A DNA stretch of 63,077 nt, filler included, from Octopus bimaculoides (taxonomy: Eukaryota): NCBI RefSeq assembly GCF_001194135.2. It is 4 parts of 3 records of this genome, joined end to end, with 100 filler letters (N's around TTAATTAATTAA, not from the genome) between each part and the next. Parts side by side here need not be neighbours in the genome. Positions count along the whole stretch, not along the records: positions 33,200 to 55,782 come from NC_068991.1; 3 more parts are not named here. One strand, given 5' to 3'. The notes beneath the pieces were generated by a model that had not been told where the DNA came from, did not search any database, and saw nothing but the letters and a program-made list of their open reading frames with translations. This document shows positions 37,934 through 52,321 of the stretch, piece after piece. Position 1 is the first letter of the stretch. Each line of letters starts with the position of its first letter. The position numbers and the translations under genes were made by a program.

Positions 37934-38774
37934 TCTCTTTCTTCTTTATCATTCTCTCATTTTTTCCTCCCTTTATTCTTCTCTCTCATGCATAAGAGAG
38001 ATAGGTTGACAGACAGACAGGCATATATATATATATATNNNNNNNNNNNNNNNNNNNNNNNNNNNNNNNNNNNNNNNNNNNNNNNNNNNNNNNNNNNNNN
38101 NNNNNNNNNNNNNNNNNNNNNNNNNNNNNNNNNNNNNNNNNNNNNNNNNNNNNNNNNNNNNNNNNNNNNNNNNNNNNNNNNNNNNNNNNNNNNNNNNNNN
38201 NNNNNNNNNNNNNNNNNNNNNNNNNNNNNNNNNNNNNNNNNNNNNNNNNNNNNNNNNNNNNNNNNNNNNNNNNNNNNNNNNNNNNNNNNNNNNNNNNNNN
38301 NNNNNNNNNNNNNNNNNNNNNNNNNNNNNNNNNNNNNNNNNNNNNNNNNNNNNNNNNNNNNNNNNNNNNNNNNNNNNNNNNNNNNNNNNNNNNNNNNNNN
38401 NNNNNNNNNNNNNNNNNNNNNNNNNNNNNNNNNNNNNNNNNNNNNNNNNNNNNNNNNNNNNNNNNNNNNNNNNNNNNNNNNNNNNNNNNNNNNNNNNNNN
38501 NNNNNNNNNNNNNNNNNNNNNNNNNNNNNNNNNNNNNNNNNNNNNNNNNNNNNNNNNNNNNNNNNNNNNNNNNNNNNNNNNNNNNNNNNNNNNNNNNNNN
38601 NNNNNNNNNNNNNNNNNNNNNNNNNNNNNNNNNNNNNNNNNNNNNNNNNNNNNNNNNNNNNNNNNNNNNNNNNNNNNNNNNNNNNNNNNNNNNNNNNNNN
38701 NNNNNNNNNNNNNNNNNNNNNNNNNNNNNNNNNNNNNNNNNNNNNNNNNNNNNNNNNNNNNNNNNNNNNNNNNN

Positions 38775-38805
<31 letters not shown>

Positions 38806-39222
38806 ATATACATATATATATGTACAAAATGTATGCACATATGTGTGTGTGCGTGTGCATGTACGTGTGTGCATGCACATGTGTGTGTGTGTGTGTATGT
38901 GTTATATACATATACACAAACACAAACATACTTATCAGCAAATATTTTTTCTCAATGAGATCAATACTTTATATCTTTGAAAATCATTTAAGATTCTTGT
39001 GTTTTTGTGTTTCTTTCTTTTTATAAAAGGTGAAAAATATATAATTGTATTTCTTCATTCTTAATATTTGGTGAGGTATATTTTAGTATTTAGCTCTTGG
39101 GATTTGGCATGTATTTATTTTTAAATACACTTTATATATATATATGTATATATTCTTTAAATATCTTGATGTATCTTGGTTAATCTTTGCATAGCTTAGC
39201 TTTTTTATGAATACATACATAC

Positions 39223-39350
39223 CTCTGGGTTCAGTCCCACTGCGTAGCACCTTGGGCAAGTGTCTTCTACTATAGCCTCAGGCTGCCCAAAGCCTTGTGA
39301 GTTGATTTGGTAGACAAAAACTGAAAGAAGCCTGTTATATATGTGTGTGC

Positions 39351-39423
<73 letters not shown>

Positions 39424-39620
39424 TGTGTTTGTCCCCACCACCATCGCTTGACAACCGATGCCGGTGTGTTTATGTAACCGTAACTTAGCAGTTCGGCAAA
39501 AGAGGCCAATAGAATAAGTAGTAGACTTACAAAGAATAAGACCTGGGGGTCGATTTGCTCGATTAAAGGCAGTGCTCCAGCATGGCTGCAGTCAAATGAT
39601 TGAAACAAATAAAAGAATAA
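39223..39620 (+). mobile_element. SINE family A, near full length with long internal (TG)n
   Basis: Head 39223-39340, (TG)n, tail ending GAAACAAATAAAAGAATAA. Confidence 0.9.
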
Positions 39621-39723
39621 AACAATACAGACATACATACATCCCCACAAACATACATGCATGCATACATACATTCATATATACATACATACGTACATAC
39701 ATACATTCATACATACATTCATA

Positions 39724-39757
<34 letters not shown>

Positions 39758-39764
39758 CATGCTT

Positions 39765-39812
<48 letters not shown>

Positions 39813-39834
39813 ATTTTCAACTTTACACCCATTA

Positions 39835-40268
39835 TTATTCTTTTCTATTCTAGGTAGAAGACCCGAAATTTTGGGGGATGGGTCCAGTTGATTAGATCGA
39901 CCCCAGAACGCAACTGGTACTTAATTTATTGACCTCAAAGGGATGAAAGGCAAAGTCGATCTTGGTGGAATTTGAACTCAGAATGCAATGCCAGACGAAA
40001 TACCGCTAAGCATTTTACCTGGCGTGCTAACGTTTCTTGTTTTTTTATTGCCCACAAGGGGCTAAACATAGAGGGACAAACAAGGACAGACAAAGGGATT
40101 AAGTCGATTACATCGACCCCAGTGTGTAACTGGTTCTTAATTTATCGACCCCAAAAGGATGAAAGGCAAAGCTGACCTCGGCGGAATTTGAACTCAGAAA
40201 GTAATGACAGACGAAATAGCGCTAAGCATTTCGCCCGGCGTGCTAACGTTTCTGCCAGCTCGCCACCT
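39835..40268 (-). mobile_element. Two tandem SINE B copies with different 3' tails
   Basis: 39835-40036 and 40040-40268. Confidence 0.9.
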
Positions 40269-40562
40269 TACACCCATTATTATTGTAGCAACAAAATATG
40301 TAACAATCCACCTGGAGCAAAGCATGACTGATCTAAGAAAATGCAACGTTCTAATTCATACATTACAAATGGTCATGATATTTGAGACAATAAAAATCTA
40401 CAAGAATTTCAGACTTTCCTTAAGATTGAAATGATGGTGAGCAAAAAATGCTTTTCATCACAAGCTTGTTACGAAACAGGTGGCTGATCAAAGTTAGCTC
40501 TACATTAAAAAGAAAAAAACATGCAAACATGCACACATGCATATATATATATACATACATAT

Positions 40563-40596
<34 letters not shown>

Positions 40597-40749
40597 GCAT
40601 ACTTATAAAACAGAAAGTAGAAAAGTATAAATGAATAAATTCATTAATTAACTATGTATCTTAATAACACAGTTATGTAATGATGTTTATTGCCAATGAA
40701 ATAGCTGTTGAACATAAATTATGAACTGTATGTGAAAATTATATGTATG

Positions 40750-41125
40750 TTCTTTTCTGTTTTTTAATTATTTAGATTCTTCGTCTGATGAAGGAACTTA
40801 TTTCTAACAAAGATACAAAGCTCCGCTCTGTCATTTGAATGTAAATAACAAAAACAATGTCAAACTTGTGAAAAGTGTTGCATATTTTTACTGTTCCACT
40901 TATTGATTGTAGTTGTAATGTGCAAGTTAGTTGGTTGATTTCTTTTTCTGAAAATCCAAGCTTATCCTGTCATTTAGGCATTTACTCACAAAACCGAGTG
41001 CCCCAATTGTTATCTGTATAAATGTAAATTTGTAATCTGGATATATCAAAGCGATATTCACATCAGCAGGACATACGTATGTATGTCTCAGAGAATATCT
41101 TTTCTTTAGAATATCTGTGTGTTAA
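40750..41125 (-). mobile_element. 3' end of an RLE-type non-LTR retrotransposon (same family as 13858-14115)
   Basis: Minus translation CPADVNIALIYPDYKFTFIQITIGALGFVSKCLN / LGFSEKEINQLTCTLQLQSISGTVKICNTFHKF; shares the 3' UTR motif GGAGCTTTGTATCTTTGT. Confidence 0.85.
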
Positions 41126-41876
41126 AAAGCACAACATATTCTGAATGATGTCAAGAACATCAGGCACCAATGTTTTGGTTTAATTTCCTCTCCTCAGTGA
41201 AGAAAGTCTCTGGTAATTTGCAGTTGGCTAGGAACTTCACTTCCTATATAGAACCATCAAACAAAGCAGTTGTTGGCCAGACTTAAGTTAAATCATTATA
41301 AACAGCAGATACAGCACTAGATTAAAATATGTATATGCACATCTTTAGTAATATATATTAGCTTCAGTGTATTTGTTGAAAACTATGTCTTTGGATTTAC
41401 TTGTGCTGCTATATGCTGGACAATTATTTTCCATTCATTTCTTCAAAGAATTCTTCATTTACATTTAGAGGATCAAAATAATAAATTCAGAAAAGAAAAA
41501 GAAAGAAAGAAAGAAAGATAAAGAATTAAATACACAATTTTTTTTCACCTCCCACTTACTATCAGAATATGAAGATGATATTCCAAATGGGAGATGTGTT
41601 TAGTGTCAACCAATCGCAAGCTTGTCACTATTTGTGCCATGGAGAATTTAACTATCTTCTCTGTTCAGATACTAAAGTTATTTCCCTTGTGATCTTTCTA
41701 TGTCTGCGGTGGCCTTCCTCGCTGATTAGTTTTACTTAACTATACGAGGGAGGCCTTTCTTGGCTACTTTCTAAATGAAATATATTTCAGTAAAATGTCT
41801 TTCTTCTTGTTTCTTATCTTGATTATCAAAGTGATTATATTCGTTTATAGATATTCTGCAACTCACACACATACGC

Positions 41877-41987
<111 letters not shown>

Positions 41988-42327
41988 CGTATACACACAT
42001 TTACATATACATGACCACCTACATACACATACACAGACAAATAGATACATACACACACACATACACATACACTTACACACACAGACTGATACATACCCAT
42101 ACATACACATACATATATCTTTCCATACTAGCAGGAAATACACAAATATGTCATTTAAGAATTGTTTTACAGTCTGCTGCTCTTCCTGTCACCAACCCTT
42201 ACTTGTCTTTCAAGGAAGGGATCTCTTATTCCAAACCTTTTGAAAGTACAAAGCAAGTGAAGGATTTGGTTAGAGGGGAAATAACAACAACTTCACATAC
42301 ATACATACATACATACATACATTCATA

Positions 42328-42734
42328 CTCTTTTACTTATTTCAGTCATTTGACTGTGGCCATGCTGGAGCACCGCCTTTTAGTCGAGCAAATCGACCCC
42401 AGGGCTTATTCTTTGTAAGCCTAGTGCTTATTCTATTGGTCTCTTTTGCCGAACTGCTAACTTACAGGGATGTAAACACACCACCATCGGTTGTCAAGTG
42501 ATGTTGGGGGGGGGACAAACACAGACACACAAACATATACACACACATACATACATATATATACATATATACGATGGGCTTCTTTCAGTTTCCGTCTACC
42601 AAATCCACTAACAAGGCTTTGGCTGGCCCAAGGCTATAGTAGAAGACACTTGCCCAAGGTGCCACGCAATGGGACTGAACCTGGAACCATGTGGTTGGTA
42701 AGCAAGCTACTTACCACACAGCCACTCCTATGCC
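42328..42734 (-). mobile_element. SINE family A, full length, well preserved
   Basis: Complete head, core, microsatellite and tail. Confidence 0.93.
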
Positions 42735-42924
42735 TAGTATACATATATATGTATATATATATGTACATAGACAACTATACATGCATGCATGCATATATAC
42801 ATACATACATACGTACATACATACATACATACATACATTCATACATATATACATAGACATACATACATGCATGCATGCATACATACATACATACATACAT
42901 ACATACATACATACATACATACAT

Positions 42925-43015
42925 TTCAATGATGAAGCCTTGAATCTCGGTTAGAAACAAGCTCTTTCTCTATTGGCAAAAAATCTTGAAATAAAACTTG
43001 AATAATGACATACAT
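42925..43015 (+). mobile_element. Short repeat family E: non-LTR-like 3' end with AATAAA and (CATA)n
   Basis: Reverse complement of 61185-61290; weaker match near 3985-4060. Confidence 0.6.
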
Positions 43016-44432
43016 ACATGCAAGCATGCATACATGCATTCATCCACGATGAGCTTTGTAAATTTTTATCTACCAAATTCACTCAGAAGGAATATAGTAG
43101 AAGACACACACCCAAGGTGCTGCACTGTGGAAGTGAACCCGAAACCCCATGATTGTTATATGAACTTCTTAACCATGCAGCCATGGTACTATGTTGCCTC
43201 AACCCTTACATGATTCATAAAAAATAGTTCTGTCTTCTTTAGAGAAGAAATACTTGTAAGTTTTGTATCCAAGTGTTAATAATCAAGAAAATGGAAAAAG
43301 TTGTATGTGATAACTTAAGTAAAGTGATATACAATGTATTGTATTTAAACATTTTGAAAACATCTCCAAAATCTTTATGTCACTCTGGTGTAGCTTATAT
43401 AACATATTTTGTTTAGAGACAATAGCTAGCCTTTTCTATTAAAAGTTGTTCAAGATTGAATCATTGAAGCTTATAAAGTCTCGACATGACTTTCAACAAC
43501 TAAATATTGATTATAAGAACCTTTTAAAACTCATCTTTTGTCTTTCTTTGTTCAAAACTAAGTTTCCGCCAGTTCATTCTCTGAATGTTTTTAGAAATCC
43601 AATATGATGTATGTACGTTTATAAAGAAAATATCCAAAAGCAGTGCTAACCAAAGTAAGAGAGAACACAAATTTAGTGCAGAGCAAAGTCGAACACAAAT
43701 GCAGTGATGAGTACAGCAGAACTCAAGTGTGATTTAGAATATAGATGGACTCAAGCAAATTGTAGACCAAAGTAGAATACAAATGTAGACAATAACAATG
43801 TACTACACAAATTTAGCTTGGAATCAGGGCTGGATTAAGAGTCATAGATGATGATGATGACGATGATGGTGATGATGATGATGATATATATATATATATA
43901 NNNNNNNNNNNNNNNNNNNNNNNNNNNNNNNNNNNNNNNNNNNNNNNNNNNNNNNNNNNNNNNNNNNNNNNNNNNNNNNNNNNNNNNNNNNNNNNNNNNN
44001 NNNNNNNNNNNNNNNNNNNNNNNNNNNNNNNNNNNNNNNNNNNNNNNNNNNNNNNNNNNNNNNNNNNNNNNNNNNNNNNNNNNNNNNNNNNNNNNNNNNN
44101 NNNNNNNNNNNNNNNNNNNNNNNNNNNNNNNNNNNNNNNNNNNNNNNNNNNNNNNNNNNNNNNNNNNNNNNNNNNNNNNNNNNNNNNNNNNNNNNNNNNN
44201 NNNNNNNNNNNNNNNNNNNNNNNNNNNNNNNNNNNNNNNNNNNNNNNNNNNNNNNNNNNNNNNNNNNNNNNNNNNNNNNNNNNNNNNNNNNNNNNNNNNN
44301 NNNNNNNNNNNNNNNNNNNNNNNNNNNNNNNNNNNNNNNNNNNNNNNNNNNNNNNNNNNNNNNNNNNNNNNNNNNNNNNNNNNNNNNNNNNNNNNNNNNN
44401 NNNNNNNNATATATATACATACACACATATAT

Positions 44433-44595
44433 GACAGGCTTCTTCCAGTTTCCGTCTACCAAATCCACTCACAAGGCTTTGGTCAGCCTGAGGCTATAGT
44501 AGAAGACACTTGCCCAAGGTGCCATGCAGTGGGACTGAACCCCGGGACCATGTGGTTGGTAAGCAAGTTACTTACCACACAGCCATTCCTGTGCC
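44433..44595 (-). mobile_element. SINE family A 5' half, followed by decayed partial tandem copies up to ~44720
   Basis: Homology to the other copies. Confidence 0.88.
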
Positions 44596-47318
44596 TATAT
44601 ATAATAGAATCATTTGCCCAAGATGCTATATATAATAAAATCATTTGCCCAAGCTGCTGTGTAGTGGGACCGAACTCAAGACCACATGGTTGGGAAGCAA
44701 GCTTCTTAACTACAGCCAGTAAAACTAAAGTATAGTGTACATCAAAGCTGAACACTGATATAGTTTAAAATACAGCAGAACACAAATGTAGTGTTAGACA
44801 AAAAAAAAAAATAATAATAATAATAATAGTTGTAGAAGTGATCGCAGTGTTATGTCAAACAAAGTAAGATGAAAAAATGCGAGATTAATGACTCAGAAGC
44901 GTTGAATAACTTTGGCAATAACTCATGGAAGAAAAATGTTGATATATAGCTCACAGATATATCACACAAACTTGATCAATTCCCACCTGAATAGAGTTCT
45001 TAAGCAGTGTCAAACCTGATTATTATTTAGATGTGTGTTTGGTGAAACTGGTTGAGTTGTAAACATTATCCTTGATGAAAAACCCCAGCATGGCCACCAC
45101 AGCCAATTGGTTGGAACCGATAAAATAATAATTAATAGACTTGTAATAATTAATAATTAATAGATTTCATATTAATAGACTTTGTATTTGGCAACTCTAA
45201 ATGTAGCTGTCTTTTATCTTTTGATGTTGTTTCTCTTCTTTTGCTTTTCTTTTTATTGTTTCGATCATTGGACCACGGTCATGCTGGAGCACACCACCTT
45301 CAAGGGTTTAGGCTAACGAATCAGTGGAAAGTTATTCAACCAATCTCCTTTGCCGAGCTGCTAAGTTACTGGGATGTAAATAAACGAACATTGGTTGTCA
45401 CATGGTGGACAAAGACAAACACACACACACATACGCATATGCACACACACATACACATATATACACATATACATACATATATATACATACATACACACGC
45501 ACGATCATACACACACAGACATATATACATATATACATACACACACACACATTACACACATATACTCACACACACATACACACATATACTCACACACACA
45601 TGTATACACACACACACAAACATATACATACATATATATATATACACTCACACACACACACACACACACATATACACGTCTACAAGGAGTTAGACATATT
45701 GGTTTTAAATGTTGGCACAAGGCCAGCCATTTCTGGGGAGGAGATAAGTGGCTTACACAGACCCCAGTGCTCAACTGGAGTTACATATATCAATATTTAA
45801 AGCACTTTGATTTGGGCCCCATGTGGCTCAAAGCTTCATAGGTTTCTTATAGAAACTGAACTCATCAGGCTCAGTTATACACACAACAGGATTCCACACA
45901 GTTTCTACCAACCAAATTCACTTACAAGGCATTGTCAGAAGACTCTTACCCAAGGTGCCATGCAGTAGGACTGAACATGGAACCATGTAGCTAGGAAGCA
46001 ATCTTCTTACCCATATAGCCCTTCTAGCATCCTAGAGCAAATCTAAAAGGAGCTCATCAGGCCACCTGGCAACCCACTAGAATTACTGGTACACCTGTGT
46101 ACTGTTTTTTGAACAGCTTCTCTAAATTAGATTGCTATGTAACACTTCTGTCCAAGTCCACCTGCGACATCCATTTCTATTGTTTGTGGTCTGTCTCAAA
46201 TTTTGGTATCAAATTTTGGCACATGACCAGCAAGTTTGGGGCAGTGGAGGGAGTAAGTCGAATACATTGACCCTAGTCCTCAGTTGATACTTATTTTATC
46301 AACTTTGAAAGGATGACCAGCAACAAGTCGACCTTAAAGATGGACAAAATGCTGCTAAGCATGTACTAATGATTCTGCCATCAATTTCTTCTGGAACCTC
46401 TAGGAACCTTTTGGGGAACTGAGGGGTCTGGGGAACTCAGTTGAAAAACACTGCTCTAAACTCTCAGCACCTGACATAAAACAATCTCCCTCTCAAAGAC
46501 TCAGCCCACTTAGTTGTGAAGGCTTTTCCCTTTTCCATTATTTTTCTGTGCTGCAGCTTGCTTAGTGACCCGACTAGAGTTGGTGGCACATAAAAAGCAC
46601 CCTTGTACATGCTGTAATATTGTTGGCATCAGAGGAGCAGCGATTGGCTGTTCCAGTGCTTCTCCCTCACTATCCTGTGCAGTATCGCCTTTTCAATTTT
46701 GCCTGTTGATGCCATGATAAATGTTGCTATATTGGGAGGTGCCAAAACTGACACAGATACCTCCTGGTGCAGCTCTGGACCCTGTCAAACTATCCAACCC
46801 ATACCAGCATGGAAAATGGATGTTCACAGACAACGATAATGCTGGTGATGAATTTTACACGTAGCGTTCTTTTAATTATCCTCAATATTTTACTGTATGT
46901 GCCTTTATTATATTACATTGGCATATTTGATCATAATGTTTACTTTATTCTATTGCAATAGGTTCTTTGTGTTATATTACATTGCTGTATTACATGATAT
47001 CATATTATATTATATTATATTATATTATATCATATTATACTATATTACATATTATATTATATTATTATTATATTATATTCCTATATGTTTTTTTATTATG
47101 TTGCTATGAATAATCAACCATTCTTGTGTTATTGTATTGCTCAAACTGTCCTTTTTCTTCATATATATTATGCATATGTGTGTGTGTGTGTGTGCATGTG
47201 TATAGGTTATATATGTATACACACATAAACACACACACACATGTATATAAGTATATATAAGTGTATATACATATATACATATATATACATGTAGATATAC
47301 ATAGACTCACACACACAT

Positions 47319-47371
<53 letters not shown>

Positions 47372-47637
47372 NNNNNNNNNNNNNNNNNNNNNNNNNNNNN
47401 NNNNNNNNNNNNNNNNNNNNNNNNNNNNNNNNNNNNNNNNNNNNNNNNNNNNNNNNNNNNNNNNNNNNNNNNNNNNNNNNNNNNNNNNNNNNNNNNNNNN
47501 NNNNNNNNNNNNNNNNNNNNNNNNNNNNNNNNNNNNNNNNNNNNNNNNNNNNNNNNNNNNNNNNNNNNNNGCTTGTTTCAGTCATTGGACTATGGCCATG
47601 CTGGAGCACCGTGTTGAAAGATCTGAGACAAGCAGTT

Positions 47638-47782
47638 GTAGGCATGGCTGTGTGGTAAGAAGTTTGCATCCCAACAACATGGCCCCAGGTTCAGTCCCAC
47701 TGCATGGCACCTTTTACTATCACCTTGGGCTAACCAAAGCCTTGTGAGTGGATTCAGTAGAGGGGAAATTGTAAGAAGCCTG

Positions 47783-47832
<50 letters not shown>

Positions 47833-47985
47833 ATGCATCCTTGTATCTGTGTCTGTCCCTCACCTCCGCTTGACAACAGGTGTTGATGTGTTAACAACTG
47901 TGTAACCTAGCAGTTCAGCAAGAGAGATTGATAGAGTAAGCACCAGGCTTAAAAAAAAATTGCACTGGGGTTGATTCACTCATTT
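47638..47985 (+). mobile_element. SINE family A, diverged, with internal (TG)n
   Basis: Head 47638-47785, tail from ~47830. Confidence 0.82.
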
Positions 47986-48576
47986 ATATCAATCTCTCTA
48001 TGTCTGACTAGCTATGTCTTTAGCTCTCTTCCTTCTCCCCACTACCCCCTTCCTCCTCCTCTTCTGAATATCTTATACAAACATTATGTTTCTATTTTAT
48101 ATTATATTGTCATGTTGTATGGTGGTTTGCCCTCTATACTGGCCAGCAGAAGACAAAATACCTTTACATAACTTCACATTCTGAGTTCAAACCTTCTCTG
48201 GGTCAACTTTGACTTTAATCTTTTGGAATCGGATAAAATAAGTACCACTTGAATACTGGGGGTGATATAATTGGCTGTTCCTTTCATGAAGTAATTCCTG
48301 ATCATGTGCCTAGATAAGAGATCAATATATTGATTTATTGCTGTATCATATATCATATCATATTGCTTTATATATTATATTATATTTCTGTCTTAGCCAG
48401 ACACCTGTTTGAGTTCTTCTGTCATACTTTAAGTGTAAGTGGATTTTATTGACAGAAACTGAAAGAAGCTCATTGTGTGTGTGTGTGAGTGTGTGTGTGT
48501 GAGTGTGTGTGTGTGAGTGTGTGTGTGTGAGTGTGTGTNNNNNNNNNNGTGTGAGTGTGTGTGTGTGAGTGTGTGT

Positions 48577-48615
<39 letters not shown>

Positions 48616-48810
48616 CGCACGCGCGCTCGCATGCGTGTCTGTGTATCTGTGTACACACACACACACACACACACATATGTATGTATATATTTGTATTTCT
48701 TTGATGAGAAAGAGCAACAAAATAACACAAATTACAAATATATATATATATATATAAATAATATACATATATATATGCATACATATATGTACATACATAC
48801 ATATAAATGT

Positions 48811-49137
48811 ATATAGATATGCATATATGAGTACAGGATGTCTCAAAATGTAAACAACCTAAAATACGAAAATAAAGTTGGGTGCATGGACTATGAGAAA
48901 AACAAATGGAAAACAAGACAAGTAACATAAAAAACGACCCTTCATCAGTTGTCAGCTGTCCTTCTACTCATTATTTCGAGCATTAAGGACACCCGACAAC
49001 TGATGAAGGGTCGTTTTTTATGTTACTTGTCTTGTTTTCCATTTGTTTTTCTCATAGTCCATGCACCCAACTTTATTTTCATATTTCATGTTGCTTATGT
49101 TTTGTGATATCCTGTACCCATATATGCATATCTATAT
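48811..49137. repeat. Palindrome: perfect 86-bp inner arms, ~82% identical 57-bp outer arms
   Basis: 48868-48953 is the exact reverse complement of 48995-49080; each arm carries CTGATGA. Confidence 0.93.
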
Positions 49138-49573
49138 ACATGTATATGCATGTCCATATATGTATGTATATGTGCCTATATNNNNNNNNNNNNNNNNNNN
49201 NNNNNNNNNNNNNNNNNNNNNNNNNNNNNNNNNNNNNNNNNNNNNNNNNNNNNNNNNNNNNNNNNNNNNNNNNNNNNNNNNNNNNNNNNNNNNNNNNNNN
49301 NNNNNNNNNNNNNNNNNNNNNNNNNNNNNNNNNNNNNNNNNNNNNNNNNNNNNNNNNNNNNNNNNNNNNNNNNNNNNNNNNNNNNNNNNNNNNNNNNNNN
49401 NNNNNNNNNNNNNNNNNNNNNNNNNNNNNNNNNNNNNNNNNNNNNNNNNNNNNNNNNNNNNNNNNNNNNNNNNNNNNNNNNNNNNNNNNNNNNNNNNNNN
49501 NNNNNNNNNNNNNNNNNNNNNNNNNNNNNNNNNNNNNNNNNNNNNNNNNNNNNNNNNNNNNTATATATATACA

Positions 49574-49605
<32 letters not shown>

Positions 49606-50094
49606 GATGTATACATACATACAAATATATAATGAAGCATTAGTGCAGGGCAGTGTTTAAGCATGAGTAGAATTTTGTCTAGCTGAAATATGTTTGTGAC
49701 ATATATCAACCTCTAAAAGACAAATACACTGCGTTTACTGTAGAAAATAAATCTCTCTTATGGTAAAAAGGTGTGAAAACACCAGTTCACTCAGTGCCAC
49801 CTTCTATTCATTTATGTATGTATGTATGTATGTATGTATGTATATGTCTGTGTGCGATTATGTATTTGTATGTTTGTGTTTCCTTGTCATGACATGGCAT
49901 ACGAGATGTAAAGTATGTCACTGCTATGTAAGTAGTGTCATTCATTTCCAGTTTCCTGTGAAGACATGTCTAGTCATGGGGGAAATATTACCTCCCTTGG
50001 AAACAGGTGAAGGTTAGCAGCAGGAAAAGCATCTGAACGAGGAAAGTTTGCTTCAGATCTATGCAAGTATGGAAATGTAGACATTTAAATTATG

Positions 50095-50270
50095 ACGGTG
50101 GTGATGATGATGATGATGATGATGACGATGACGACGACGATGATGACGACGACAACGGCGACGGTGGTAGCAGTGGTGGCAGCGCCAATGATGCCAATGA
50201 CAGCAATGACGGTGTCAATGACAACAATGACGACAACGGTGACAACGACGATGACGATGATGATGATGAT
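50095..50270. repeat. (GAT)/(GAC) compound microsatellite
   Basis: Direct reading. Confidence 0.93.
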
Positions 50271-50859
50271 GACTCTTCCAGCTGTTAAAATTGCTATTAT
50301 TATTGTTGACAATAACGTCAGAAAACAACATAGAATATGATTAAATGACTCATTTATGTTTCAAAATGTCAAAAGAAATTTTGAGTTTAACAGCCAATTT
50401 AAAGAAAAAAATATAAATGAAGAATTGAATTTTTAATACTCATTAGAATTTTTATTACTATGGCTGAGTGTTCTCTCATTTAGCAATAATACAAACCTTA
50501 TAAAGATTCTATTTAATACAGACAGTGTTATTGGCTTGAAAGAAATAGAAAATGCCAATAATTATACAAGAGATAATAATGTCGCAAATGAACTACAAAA
50601 TTCTGTAGATGTCAACGTTTTAGTCTGCTGTGAAAAAATGTAACGGTTAAAAAATAATAGAATATTCTAATTCTTAGATTAAATTTTTAGATTAAGTTTT
50701 TGCTTAGTTAGATAAACATTGAGTATTTCAACAATAATTTTATTTACAAATTAAATTTGCATCTATTAATTTATACATAGCTGGTAGGTATGTAGCAAAG
50801 TATGCAAGCAAGTACAAACAAAATATTGCACACAAAAATGGTAAACAAAACTTTAAATT

Positions 50860-51306
50860 CATTTCTACTCTTGGCACAAGGCCCAAAATTTTGGGGTGTG
50901 CAGTGGCGGGGGGTGGGGGCAGTCGATTAGATCGACCCCAGTTTGCAGCTGGTACTTAATTTATTGACCCCCGAAAGGATGAAAGGCAAAATCAACCTCA
51001 GTGGAATTTGAACTCAGAACATAAAGACATGAAATATCGCTTAAGCATTTTGCCCAGTGTGCTAACGTTTCTGCCACTTAAAAATATTCTTTTCTACTCT
51101 AGGCACAAGGCCTGAAATTTTGGGGTGTGCGGGGGTTCCAGTTGATTAGATTGACCCTATTATGCAACTGGTACTTAATTTATCGAACCCGAAAGGATGA
51201 AAGGCAAAATCAACCTCAGAGGAATTTGATCTCAGAATGTAGTAATGTGTGAAATACCACTAAGAATTTTGTCTAGCATGCTAACAATTCCGCTAGCTCT
51301 TCACCC
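50860..51306 (-). mobile_element. Two tandem SINE B copies
   Basis: 50860-51076 and 51085-51306; the pair is bracketed by a ~45-bp imperfect direct repeat (about 50815-50860 and 51313-51355). Confidence 0.9.
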
Positions 51307-51669
51307 TAAGTCCAAACAAAATATCATACAAAAAATGGTAAGCAATGCTTGAAATTGGTTTTGAAAGTATTTTTTGAGTAGTGAGGTAAATATTAAACAA
51401 CATTTCGGAAGGCTTTCCACCCAACTAAACAGTAACTTGTTTCTTTTTTTTTATTGATTGATTTCACATTTGCAATTACTGTTCTCGGTTGTTATATTAA
51501 AGTTTTATGTATCTAATATATCTAAATATACAGAATGACAATTTTTTAGATCCAGTGAGTTGGAATTTACTTATTGATTCAATTTATTCTTCTAAATTTA
51601 TTTCACACATGGGAAATTATATTTTAAACAAGCTTCTATATGTATGTGTGTGCGTGTGTGTGTGTGTAG

Positions 51670-51701
<32 letters not shown>

Positions 51702-51729
51702 GCAGGGGAGAGACAGAGAGGGAGATATG

Positions 51730-51805
<76 letters not shown>

Positions 51806-51950
51806 TAATCACAGATGATATATAGATGGCTATTTTAATTTAATATTGACTCACTTGCATTATACTNNNNNNNNNNNNNNNNNNNNNNNNNNNNNNNNNN
51901 NNNNNNNNNNNNNNNNNNNNNNNNNNNNNNNNNNNNNNNNNNNNNNNNNN

Positions 51951-51995
<45 letters not shown>

Positions 51996-52321
51996 CACGC
52001 ACACACACATGTAGATATGTGTGTATATACACAGGCATATATACATTTACATATACATATACATACATATGTGTATGTGTGTGCATGTGTATGTGCATAT
52101 ATATTTTTTATATTCATGTACTATTACCACTTTGTAAGGGACTATAAAGCTCATCTTTAATATGTACATCTACATTGAATTACAATTCATATAATCCCCG
52201 ATTGTCATCAGGCGTCTTATGCCTGATTATGAATGAATTACCAGACAGGATTCCAGCCAGAAAGTATTTTGTTGCTCAGCTAAGGGCTAGTAATGCTCCT
52301 ATCCACTATAACACTGATGAA

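Noticed and set aside
40785-40830. CTGATGAAGGAA as a hammerhead start
   Set aside because: No downstream GAAA or NUH; the segment is the antisense of the RLE LINE 3' UTR shared with 14040-14115.
40985-41125. Apparent minus-strand exon ending in GTGAGT
   Set aside because: The reading frame runs through the putative donor and is the RLE LINE ORF.
46020-46460. hAT-type MITE ends (GAAAAACACTGCTCTAAA and similar)
   Set aside because: Only one plausible terminus each; no matching TIR pair or 8-bp TSD could be identified.
48940-49010. Permuted (type II) hammerhead in the palindrome centre on the minus strand
   Set aside because: GAAA, GTA and CTGATGA occur in order, but stems I and III do not pair.
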